DNA of 32,000 nt from Planctomycetales bacterium (GCA_022646745.1 CP060262.1:3870001-3902000), one strand, 5' to 3'. Positions 1 to 5,923 are shown, counted from the first letter of the stretch. Notes: generated by a model not told the origin, from the sequence alone. Numbers and translations are program-made.

Positions 1-446
1 GCCTGGTTGTTGCCACCGGATTGCATCTGGCGGTTCATCAGCCAGAACAGGAACACGATCGGGATCGTGAACACCGCCACCAGGAGCAGCGTGTTCGGAC
101 TGAGCAATGTGTCCCAGAAGCTGACGGGCACGATGTCGAACTTGACGTTGTTCTCCCGCATCATGCCGATCAGTTCATCCGTGAACTCAGTCTCGATCAC
201 GGCTGTGAAGGCGTCCTTGTTGTCATGGCTCTTGATCGCCTCGGCGCCCGGCTTGAACTTGCCGATCACACGGCCGGAGTTCTTCTCGATGTTGAGCTCC
301 ATCACCTCGCCGTTGTTGATCCGGTCCACGAGTTCACTGAACCCGATCGAGACCGTGTTGGCGGACTTGAGGTACTGCAGCATCATCACCACGATGATGA
401 TCACCCCGAAGGTCAGGAGAATTTGTGAGAAACGATTTGTCTGCAT
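1..446 (-). CDS. ftsH: ATP-dependent zinc metalloprotease FtsH, N-terminal part (gene continues past the window start)
   Basis: My own reverse-strand translation from ATG at 446..444 gives MQTNRFSQILLTFGVIIIVVMMLQYLKSANTVSIGFSELVDRINNGEV...FWDTLLSPNTLLLVAVFTIPIVFLFWLMNRQMQSGGNNQ. This shows TM1, a periplasmic loop, TM2 and the RQMQ-GG motif that precedes the AAA module in FtsH. It is absent from the ORF track because it has no stop in the window. Plus-strand ORFs 7..732 and 21..428 are its antisense shadows. Confidence 0.8.
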   Translation of the reverse strand, partial: MQTNRFSQILLTFGVIIIVVMMLQYLKSANTVSIGFSELVDRINNGEVMELNIEKNSGRVIGKFKPGAEAIKSHDNKDAFTAVIETEFTDELIGMMRENNVKFDIVPVSFWDTLLSPNTLLLVAVFTIPIVFLFWLMNRQMQSGGNNQ

Positions 447-778
447 AAATATATTTAAATGTGTCAGAGTTTCCGCTAGGGGGAAAATCTTAACACATCC
501 TGAGATTGTACCCTTGATGCCAGGACGCTGCCGTCCCGGCCGGCTGGCCACCCGCTTCCTTAGACGAAGCAAAGGGCGGATTGGTTTTATCAATCGCGGG
601 AAACACGCCGATGGCAAACTTCCCGGGAGCTTTTACCTCGTTAAGCGGGGAGCTATTTCAGCTATCCCGCGGCAGGCTCTTTGCAATCAGCCCCCCCCGA
701 TTCGATATCGGTATATGAACCGCCGGACTTAATCACAGTCCTAATGCGGTACTGAAAGTGACCGAAAAGGAGATTTCC

Positions 779-1177
779 ATGATGACCAGCCGAATCAGGA
801 TCCTGTTCCTCGCGGGCCTGCTGTGCTTTGCCACCAGCTGTGGAGCGGCTCTGGCCGTCCTGCTGGTGCGCGAACTGCTCAACGATGAAGCCCCGAAGCG
901 GACATGGACCGGCACGGTGCGTGATGCGGAGGGCAATGGCGTGGGCGGCGTACTCGTGCAGGTGCGCGCCAATGTCAGCGGCGATGATGACACCGTCAGC
1001 TACAGCGACGAGACTGATTTCACCGGTGCCTACCAGATCGGCTACCGCTGGAATGAGAAGGTGGACTACTCGATCCGCGTGGTATTCGAGGAGCAGGTGC
1101 TGTTCGAGGAGCAGGTCGGCAAGATTGAGCTCGGCGACCAGCAGAAAGACATGGTGGTGGCGCTGCCCAGCACCTGA
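779..1177 (+). CDS. Small lipoprotein with carboxypeptidase-regulatory-like beta-sandwich domain
   Basis: ORF track 758..1177. I prefer ATG 779 because AAGGAG lies at 766..771. MMTSRIRILFLAGLLCFATSCG is a signal peptide plus lipobox Cys. GTVRDAEGNGVGGVLVQVRA...TGAYQIGY looks like a CarboxypepD_reg fold. It is a paralog of the N-terminal third of the next gene. Confidence 0.65.
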   Translation: MMTSRIRILFLAGLLCFATSCGAALAVLLVRELLNDEAPKRTWTGTVRDAEGNGVGGVLVQVRANVSGDDDTVSYSDETDFTGAYQIGYRWNEKVDYSIRVVFEEQVLFEEQVGKIELGDQQKDMVVALPST

Positions 1178-1277
1178 TGGGGCGGCGCTTCACTGCAGCC
1201 GGAACTGAACTAGGCTAGAATCTAGTTCAACGGTGCCGGGCACGGGGCAAATTCGAGGGCCCGGCGCTGGAGGGTAT

Positions 1278-2348
1278 ATGAGAGCAATCAGCCTGATGCT
1301 CGTTTCACTTTTCTGTGCGGCCGCACTGGCCACCAGCTGCGAGACCGTCGTGGCCGGCCTGCTGGTGCGTGAGCTGCTCAATGACGAGGCACCGAAGCGT
1401 AAGTGGAACGGACGTGTGGTGGACACCAAGGGTGAGGCCGTCGGTGGTGTGCTGGTGCAGGTGCGGGCCGAGGTGAATGGCGATAACGACCTGCTGACCT
1501 TCAGCGATGAGACGGACAACTCCGGTGAGTATGAAATCGGCTACCGCTGGCACAAGGATGTGAACTACACGATCCGCGTGGTCTATGAGGGCCAGACCCT
1601 TGCCGAGAGCTTCGAAGGCAAGATCGAGCTGAAGGACCAGGAGACTGACTTCGTACTGCAGGCCACGCTCACAAGCGAGGTCAGCGGCGTGGTGACGGAT
1701 GCCGACGGCAACCCGCTGTCCGGCGTGGTGGTGGTGGCAGCCTCCGCCCAGAGCTTGGGCGGCGTGCCGAGCCCCTTCCTCAATGACCTGAGCACGCCGA
1801 AGTACGTCGTGACCGGCGACTCCGGCATCTTCCAGATCGAGGGTGCAATTGCCAAGTACGGCATGGTCTGCGCCTTCCATCCGGACTACGGTTTCGCATA
1901 CGACTACGATGAGGACCACGACGCCAATGGCAGCATCGCACTGAGCCTGAAGATGGGCAGGAGCGGCAACCATGAGGTGAAGGTGCAGGTGCGCGACGGC
2001 AATGATGACCCGATCGTGCTGCAGGTGCTGGACCCTGACCGACGCTTCCGCCTGCGCCTGTATGAGCCCTGGAACCTGTCCGCCACGATCGACCAGGTGG
2101 TGACAAGCAATGACCTGTTCCCTGGCCTGGTGGGCGATCCAAGCGACCAGCATCCGGAGACCGTCACCATCACGGTGCAGTCCACGGACAATGAAGGCTA
2201 TGCCGAGACCAGCGAATTCATCCGCGGCGCGAATTACTACATGCAGCTGCTGCGCATCGAGAATGACCAGCAGGCCACGGCGCTGATCCAGAGCACAAAC
2301 CCGCTGGCGCTGGACGACGACAGCGTGGTGATCGTGCGGGTGAACTGA
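1278..2348 (+). CDS. Lipoprotein with two carboxypeptidase-regulatory-like domains
   Basis: ORF track 1233..2348. I prefer ATG 1278 because GGAGGG lies at 1269..1274. MRAISLMLVSLFCAAALATSCE is a lipoprotein signal. GRVVDTKGEAVGGVLVQVRA and VSGVVTDADGNPLSGVVVVAAS are CarboxypepD_reg-type strands. LLVRELLNDEAPKR is shared with 779..1177. Confidence 0.7.
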   Translation: MRAISLMLVSLFCAAALATSCETVVAGLLVRELLNDEAPKRKWNGRVVDTKGEAVGGVLVQVRAEVNGDNDLLTFSDETDNSGEYEIGYRWHKDVNYTIRVVYEGQTLAESFEGKIELKDQETDFVLQATLTSEVSGVVTDADGNPLSGVVVVAASAQSLGGVPSPFLNDLSTPKYVVTGDSGIFQIEGAIAKYGMVCAFHPDYGFAYDYDEDHDANGSIALSLKMGRSGNHEVKVQVRDGNDDPIVLQVLDPDRRFRLRLYEPWNLSATIDQVVTSNDLFPGLVGDPSDQHPETVTITVQSTDNEGYAETSEFIRGANYYMQLLRIENDQQATALIQSTNPLALDDDSVVIVRVN

Positions 2349-2359
2349 CGAATTTCATG

Positions 2360-2389
2360 GTAGGGCAGCACCTGAGCGTGCTGCCCTAC
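2360..2389. repeat. REP-like palindromic hairpin (left), GTAG-headed
   Basis: GTAGGGCAGCAC-ctgagc-GTGCTGCCCTAC forms a perfect 12-bp stem. It probably also acts as terminator for 1278..2348. The RAYT stop codon lies inside it. Confidence 0.75.
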
Positions 2390-2913
2390 ACTTCTACTCC
2401 GGGATAACCCCCTTCAGGTATCCCGAAGCGGCCGATTCTCCAGGCCAACGGATTCTGCAGTACATATTTTCTGGCTCTGTACAGGTGAGTCTCGTCTCGA
2501 ATCACTGTGTCGTAGAACCTCTTTTGCCAGAGATGGAAATAGCCATTCCCTCCCCTCCTGACAACCAGGATCTCATTCGCCAATTTCTGCGTATGGTTCT
2601 TGAATGACTTGACAAGATTGCAGAGGTTCGTTTGCCGGTCTGCACGATATCCCTCTAGCCATGGAAGATTCAGAAACACTATGCCGTGGAAATGATCAGG
2701 CATAACGGCAAAGTGATCAATCAAGGTATTTGCGTGGTATCTCCCCAGTCCTCGCCAGCATTCAGCGACTTCTCTGCCAACTTCCGTGAGTTCAAGGCAA
2801 CCGCTTCTTTCCACTGCCAGTACTTTTCTCCTTTGCAGTGTGGCAATGGTGATGACGTAAGCGCCGGGTGTCGAGTAATCGAAGTACTTGAGTCTGGGTG
2901 ACTTCCTGTTCAT
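2386..2913 (-). CDS. REP-associated tyrosine transposase-like protein (IS200/IS605 Y1 HUH family)
   Basis: 175 aa. The N-terminus PRLKYFDYSTPGAYVITIAT is typical of the family. The HUH motif is present as MPDHFHGIV. The C-terminal WQKRFYDTVIRDE...YRARKYVLQNP carries the catalytic-Tyr helix. Confidence 0.75.
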   Translation of the reverse strand: MNRKSPRLKYFDYSTPGAYVITIATLQRRKVLAVERSGCLELTEVGREVAECWRGLGRYHANTLIDHFAVMPDHFHGIVFLNLPWLEGYRADRQTNLCNLVKSFKNHTQKLANEILVVRRGGNGYFHLWQKRFYDTVIRDETHLYRARKYVLQNPLAWRIGRFGIPEGGYPGVEV

Positions 2914-2954
2914 AATGTCATTTATTTACCATAAAACAATCATATGTCAAGTCC

Positions 2955-2989
2955 GGTAACCGGGCAGCACACTCAGGTGCTGCCCTACC
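2955..2989. repeat. REP-like palindromic hairpin (right), inverted relative to the left copy
   Basis: GGTAac-c-GGGCAGCAC-actcag-GTGCTGCCC-TACC. The loop is the reverse complement of the left loop apart from one base. Confidence 0.75.
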
Positions 2990-3101
2990 GAGAATATCTA
3001 CGGCGGCGGTTTGCCGCCGTTTTCGTTTTCTGGGATAATCGCGTTTCTATCCAGGCTGCCGGGATAGGTATAAGGAATCCGGCACCGATGTGGAGATGAT
3101 G

Positions 3102-4004
3102 ATGAGAATTGCAATCCTGACACTGATCATGCTGCTTGCCGCCATCCCGGCGCAGGCCTACACCCCGAACGTCGGCGACCGAGCAAATGACATCAGCGGC
3201 CGCGACGTGGTGAACGGGGGCGTGGCCCAGCTGTCCGACTACCTCGGCAAGTGGGTGTTCCTCGATTTCTGGGCCGGCTGGTGCGGGCCCTGCGTCGGTG
3301 AGATGCCGAACATGGTGCGTGAAACCAGCCGCGTGAAGGAGCAGTTTGGCAACTTCCAGGTGTTCGGTGTCAGCCTCGATGCCGACAGCACCACCAACCT
3401 GCTGCACAAGTACATCAAGGAAAACAACGTCGACTACCCGGTGACCTACGATGGCAACGGCTGGTCCACCGTGCAGAGCGTGGAGTGGGACATCCACTCC
3501 ATCCCGGCCACCTTCCTGATCAACCCGCAGGGTGTGATCGTCGCCACCAACCTGCGGGGCGAGGCGCTCGGGCCGGCACTCGACTTCTTCGTCGGCTATG
3601 AAGGCACCTACGCCCCGATCGGCCTGAGCAGCAGCTCGGCAGCCAACGATGACGGCAGCGTCAGCCTGAACGTGGAGCTGTTCAGCCCGGACCACCAGCC
3701 GATGCAGCTTGAGGTGGACTACTACCACGTCAAGTACGAGTACACCGAGACTGAATCCGGCGAGCGCAAGCGCAGCGGCAGCGAGTTCATCGAGCCGGAC
3801 GAGGAGAATTCAGAGTTCAGCGAGACCGTCACGTTCGGCGACTTCGGTGACAGGAGCATGAGCTTCACCATTCCCGCAGTGGAGGGTGCCGAGCTCGTGG
3901 GCTACAGCATCCGCGTGAAGCTGCCCGGCACTGATTCCCTCAACGACGGCGAAGGCCTGTGGGTCAGTGACAGCGGCCGTGTACGCATGGAACTTGATAA
4001 GTAA
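3102..4004 (+). CDS. Exported TlpA/ResA-like thiol:disulfide oxidoreductase (CGPC active site) with a C-terminal ~130-aa domain of unknown function
   Basis: ORF track 3090..4004. The start is probably ATG 3102 (MRIAILTLIMLLAAIPAQA, signal peptide). GKWVFLDFWAGWCGPCVGEMP is the thioredoxin-fold CxxC motif. HSIPATFLINPQG contains the cis-Pro loop. The C-terminal extension is shared with the three paralogs below. Confidence 0.85.
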   Translation: MRIAILTLIMLLAAIPAQAYTPNVGDRANDISGRDVVNGGVAQLSDYLGKWVFLDFWAGWCGPCVGEMPNMVRETSRVKEQFGNFQVFGVSLDADSTTNLLHKYIKENNVDYPVTYDGNGWSTVQSVEWDIHSIPATFLINPQGVIVATNLRGEALGPALDFFVGYEGTYAPIGLSSSSAANDDGSVSLNVELFSPDHQPMQLEVDYYHVKYEYTETESGERKRSGSEFIEPDEENSEFSETVTFGDFGDRSMSFTIPAVEGAELVGYSIRVKLPGTDSLNDGEGLWVSDSGRVRMELDK

Positions 4005-4043
4005 TCCAGAAACAGAATCAGAAGCAGAAACAGGAGTAATGCT

Positions 4044-4946
4044 ATGAGGAACAAGATCCTGGCAATCGCGGCACTGGCAGCCATGCTGCTTCCCGCCGCG
4101 GCACATGCCCAGTTCGAGGCCAAGGCCGGCAACCGTGCACCGGAGCTGTTCGGCACGGATGCGGTGACCGGCGACTGGGTGGACATGGCCGACTTCAACG
4201 GCAAGTGGGTGCTGGCGGAGTTCTGGGCCACCTGGTGAGGACCCTGCATGAGGCAGTTGCCTCAGGTCGTCTCCGGTACCCGCGAACTGATTGACAACGG
4301 CAGGCTGGGGATGATCACCGCCAGCTACGACCGTGACAAGCAGGCCCTGCTCAATGTTATCGATGAGCGGGACATCACCTACCCCGTGATCTGGCAGAAC
4401 CAGGACAGCAATCGTGGCAACACGGAGGACTGGAACATCCGCGGCATCCCGACCACGGTGCTGATCAATCCGCAGGGCACCATCGTGGCTGACCTGCGCG
4501 CCGGTGAGGATTTCCAGCAGGTGCTGGAGTACTTCATCGAGCATGGCGAGGATCTCGGAGTGGTTGACATCAGCGGCAATGCCGTGACCCAGGATGACGG
4601 TTCCGTGAAGGTTGACCTCGAGATGTACTCCAGCCTGCACCGCGCTCTCGACGTGAAGGTCGAGGCCTACCGCGTGGTCTACAAGTGGGACGAGGAGAAT
4701 GACCCGAACCACGAAGGCCGCCCGCTGGACCGTGAATACATCGACCTGGCGGAGGAAGGGCATGACTTCTCCTTCACGCAGGACTTCAAGTGGTTCGCTG
4801 ATGCGGAGCACAGCTTCGTGATTGACAACATCGGAGAGGCTGACGCGGTTTACGTGATGGCCAGTGTGACCTACCCCGGCAGCGAGCACCTCAATGATGG
4901 TGAAGGTGTCGGCGTGTCCTTTGGTCGCAATGTGCCGCTGCCCTAG
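4044..4946 (+). CDS. Exported TlpA-like thiol:disulfide oxidoreductase, predicted selenoprotein (UGPC; in-frame TGA at 4236..4238)
   Basis: Track ORFs 4044..4238 and 4248..4946 are in the same frame. Read-through gives GKWVLAEFWATW-U-GPCMRQLP, with the TGA aligned to the first Cys of WCGPC in 3102..4004. The fold continues downstream with RGIPTTVLINPQG. GGAG lies 7 nt upstream of ATG 4044, and the N-terminus is a signal peptide (MRNKILAIAALAAMLLPAAAHA). Confidence 0.8.
4236..4264 (+). promoter_or_regulatory. Putative bacterial SECIS: UGA + 10 nt + hairpin UGAGG-CAGUUG-CCUCA
   Basis: The stem is 4249..4253 paired with 4260..4264, and the loop CAGUUG is 4254..4259. The same architecture with compensatory stem changes occurs at the other two TGA sites. 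Confidence 0.6.
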
Positions 4947-4973
4947 GGCAGAAATTGGAATCCGGATTGCAAT

Positions 4974-5002
4974 GGGGAGTCCTGCGGGGCTCCCCTTTTT
5001 TT
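4974..5002 (+). terminator. Rho-independent terminator after 4044..4946
   Basis: GGGGAGtcctgcggggCTCCCC is followed by TTTTTTT. Confidence 0.7.
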
Positions 5003-5099
5003 AGCAATGAGCAATGAAGAGTGAGCAATGAGCGTGAATGGCTGCGAGGTGAGCTCCGCCTGAATTTGACTCATTGCTCCTCACTCATTCTTCATTGCT
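5003..5099. repeat. Imperfect 30-nt inverted repeat built from AGCAATG-type heptamers / GAGCAATGAG blocks
   Basis: The left arm 5003..5032 is agcaatgagcaatgaagagtgagcaatgag. The right arm 5070..5099 reverse-complements to agcaatgaagaatgagtgaggagcaatgag. I count 23/30 identical, with perfect 8- and 10-nt ends and a 37-nt spacer. Confidence 0.6.
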
Positions 5100-5235
5100 T
5101 CAATGTTAATTTATTTGACTGATTTTCCCTGGAAAGGATAATACCTAACATCAAGCGCTTGATGTGGTGCGCTGCCTGGCAACAGGCATCGCAGGCCGGA
5201 TGGACTACGACGCCCGGCCGGGGATTCCCAGTCCC

Positions 5236-5317
5236 GGAGGCACTGCGAAGCTGTGCCATTGGAGCTGCGGCGCAAGCCGCACAACCGAGGCCAAGCTGTA
5301 AGCTTGGCTGGAAAGCG
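5236..5317 (+). repeat. Array A: three ~25-nt units of GGAGG/GGAG/GAGG followed by a hairpin, ending in GGAAAG
   Basis: GGAGG(5236)+GCACTGC-gaa-GCTGTGC. GGAG(5261)+TGCGGC-GCAA-GCCGCA (5266..5281). GAGG(5287)+CCAAGC-tgtaa-GCTTGG (5291..5307). Then GGAAAG at 5310..5315. Confidence 0.6.
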
Positions 5318-5412
5318 ATGAGCAATGACGAATGAGCAATGAGCCTGAGAAGAATCGGAGATGACTTCGACCTCCAGGACTCTCATTGCTCACTCTTTAC
5401 AACTCATTGCTC
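5318..5412. repeat. Second inverted repeat of GAGCAATGAG blocks
   Basis: atGAGCAATGAcgaatGAGCAATGAG (5318..5343) faces CTCATTGCTCactctttacaaCTCATTGCTC (5382..5412). The ~38-nt spacer itself contains GGAG...CTCC. Confidence 0.6.
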
Positions 5413-5415
5413 GAC

Positions 5416-5463
5416 GGAGTGCCGGAATTCCGGCATGGCCATGTGGCCTTCGGGCCACACTCC
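5416..5463 (+). other. Compact predicted three-way-junction structure (RNA or ssDNA)
   Basis: The closing stem is GGAGT (5416..5420) paired with ACTCC (5459..5463). Arm 1 is the 14-nt palindrome GCCGGAATTCCGGC (5421..5434). The linker is ATGGCCAT. Arm 2 is GTGGCC-TTCG-GGCCAC (5443..5458), which has a UUCG tetraloop. Confidence 0.45.
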
Positions 5464-5473
5464 GGATTTCTTT

Positions 5474-5587
5474 GGAGGTCTGGCGCAAGCCAGGCTCGGA
5501 GGTCGAGCGCAAGCTCGGCGCGGAGGCCTGACGCAAGCCAGGCTCGGAGGCCAGGTGCAAACCTGGCAGGAAAGTAATGAGCAATGA
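5474..5587 (+). repeat. Array B: four exactly 24-nt phased units of GGAGG + GCAA-tetraloop hairpin, then GGAAAG-TA-ATGAGCAATGA
   Basis: GGAGG starts at 5474, 5498, 5522 and 5546. The hairpins are CTGGC-GCAA-GCCAG, CGAGC-GCAA-GCTCG, CCTGAC-GCAA-GCCAGG (one A/C mismatch) and CCAGGT-GCAA-ACCTGG. GGAAAG is at 5569..5574 and ATGAGCAATGA at 5577..5587. Confidence 0.7.
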
Positions 5588-5747
5588 TCCTCGGGGGACA
5601 CATAAGTAAACACTGAAACATGCTGGCTGGACCGGACAGTGAATCGGGTCTGCCAGTGCCGAAGCTGCATTTAGCCCATCCCTGAACAACATTTCCCGCC
5701 CCGAAGCAGGCCACTGTCCGCTGCGTCAAACAATGCTGCCGGTACAT

Positions 5748-5792
5748 CCTGACTGGCGTCAGGCCCCCTCGCCTGGCTTGTGCCAGACCTCC
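5748..5792 (-). repeat. Array D: two units of the same family on the opposite strand
   Basis: The minus strand reads GGAGGT-CTGGC-ACAA-GCCAG-G-CGAGGGGG-CCTGAC-GCCA-GTCAGG. Confidence 0.5.
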
Positions 5793-5923
5793 ATTTCTTC
5801 GATATTTCGAAATTTCTGAAGTTTTATGTTTATAAATCCCCATGGCGGGGAATTACAAGTGGTTTCGAAAGGAGCAGGAACTTCTGAGAAGCCCCAACAA
5901 CAATATTCTCAGAGGTGAATGTC

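Larger units (their letters stand above)
2360..2988 (-). mobile_element. RAYT-type unit: one IS200-like Y1 transposase gene bracketed by 27-nt inverted, self-palindromic REP-like repeats
   Basis: 2360..2386 is GTAGGGCAGCACCTGAGCGTGCTGCCC. The reverse complement of 2962..2988 is GTAGGGCAGCACCTGAGTGTGCTGCCC, a 26/27 match. The interior is visibly lower in GC than the flanking genes. Confidence 0.65.

Noticed and set aside
7-732. 241-aa plus-strand ORF at the window start
   Set aside because: It lies antisense to a clear ftsH N-terminus (1..446, minus strand) and then runs through the intergenic region. It starts at TTG without an RBS.
4236-4238. The three TGA-interrupted oxidoreductase genes as pseudogenes or sequencing errors
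   Set aside because: The only in-frame stop in each of three diverged paralogs falls on the same catalytic Cys column. The frame is preserved and the downstream fold motifs are intact. A conserved hairpin follows each TGA. Independent decay would not give this pattern.
4236-4238. Alternative genetic code (UGA = Trp or Gly) explaining the read-through
   Set aside because: TGA ends several well-supported genes in this window, for example at 1175..1177, 2346..2348 and 8160..8162. High GC is also atypical of the known UGA-reassigned lineages.
3810-4889. Long antisense ORFs listed in the track (for example 3810..4889-, 2985..3728-, 1305..2153-, 10971..12131-, 22576..23847-, 24855..25832+, 24635..25576-, 20620..21570+, 15744..16430-, 6008..6559-)
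   Set aside because: These are typical high-GC shadow ORFs opposite genes with clear motifs. Their translations are Arg/Ala/His/Gly-rich and low in complexity, with no recognisable domains, signal peptides or ribosome-binding sites.
5310-5335. Mini-ORFs starting at ATGAGCAATGA (MSNDE*, MSNDPRGTHK*, MSNEE*) as leader peptides
   Set aside because: The ATG and TGA triplets are intrinsic to the GAGCAATGA repeat, which also occurs inverted. Spacing to the GGAAAG purine tract is short. Nothing distinguishes these from chance. I would revisit this only if Ribo-seq shows occupancy.
5474-5568. CRISPR array
   Set aside because: The units are contiguous with no spacers, only 24 nt long and divergent in the stem. 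No cas genes are present.
5339-5587. 82-aa ORF with GGLAQARL-type octapeptide repeats
   Set aside because: The repeat is the translation of the 24-nt GGAGG + hairpin units. Compensatory stem changes point to nucleic-acid structure rather than peptide conservation. There is no RBS, and ORFs of similar length exist in other frames and on the other strand.
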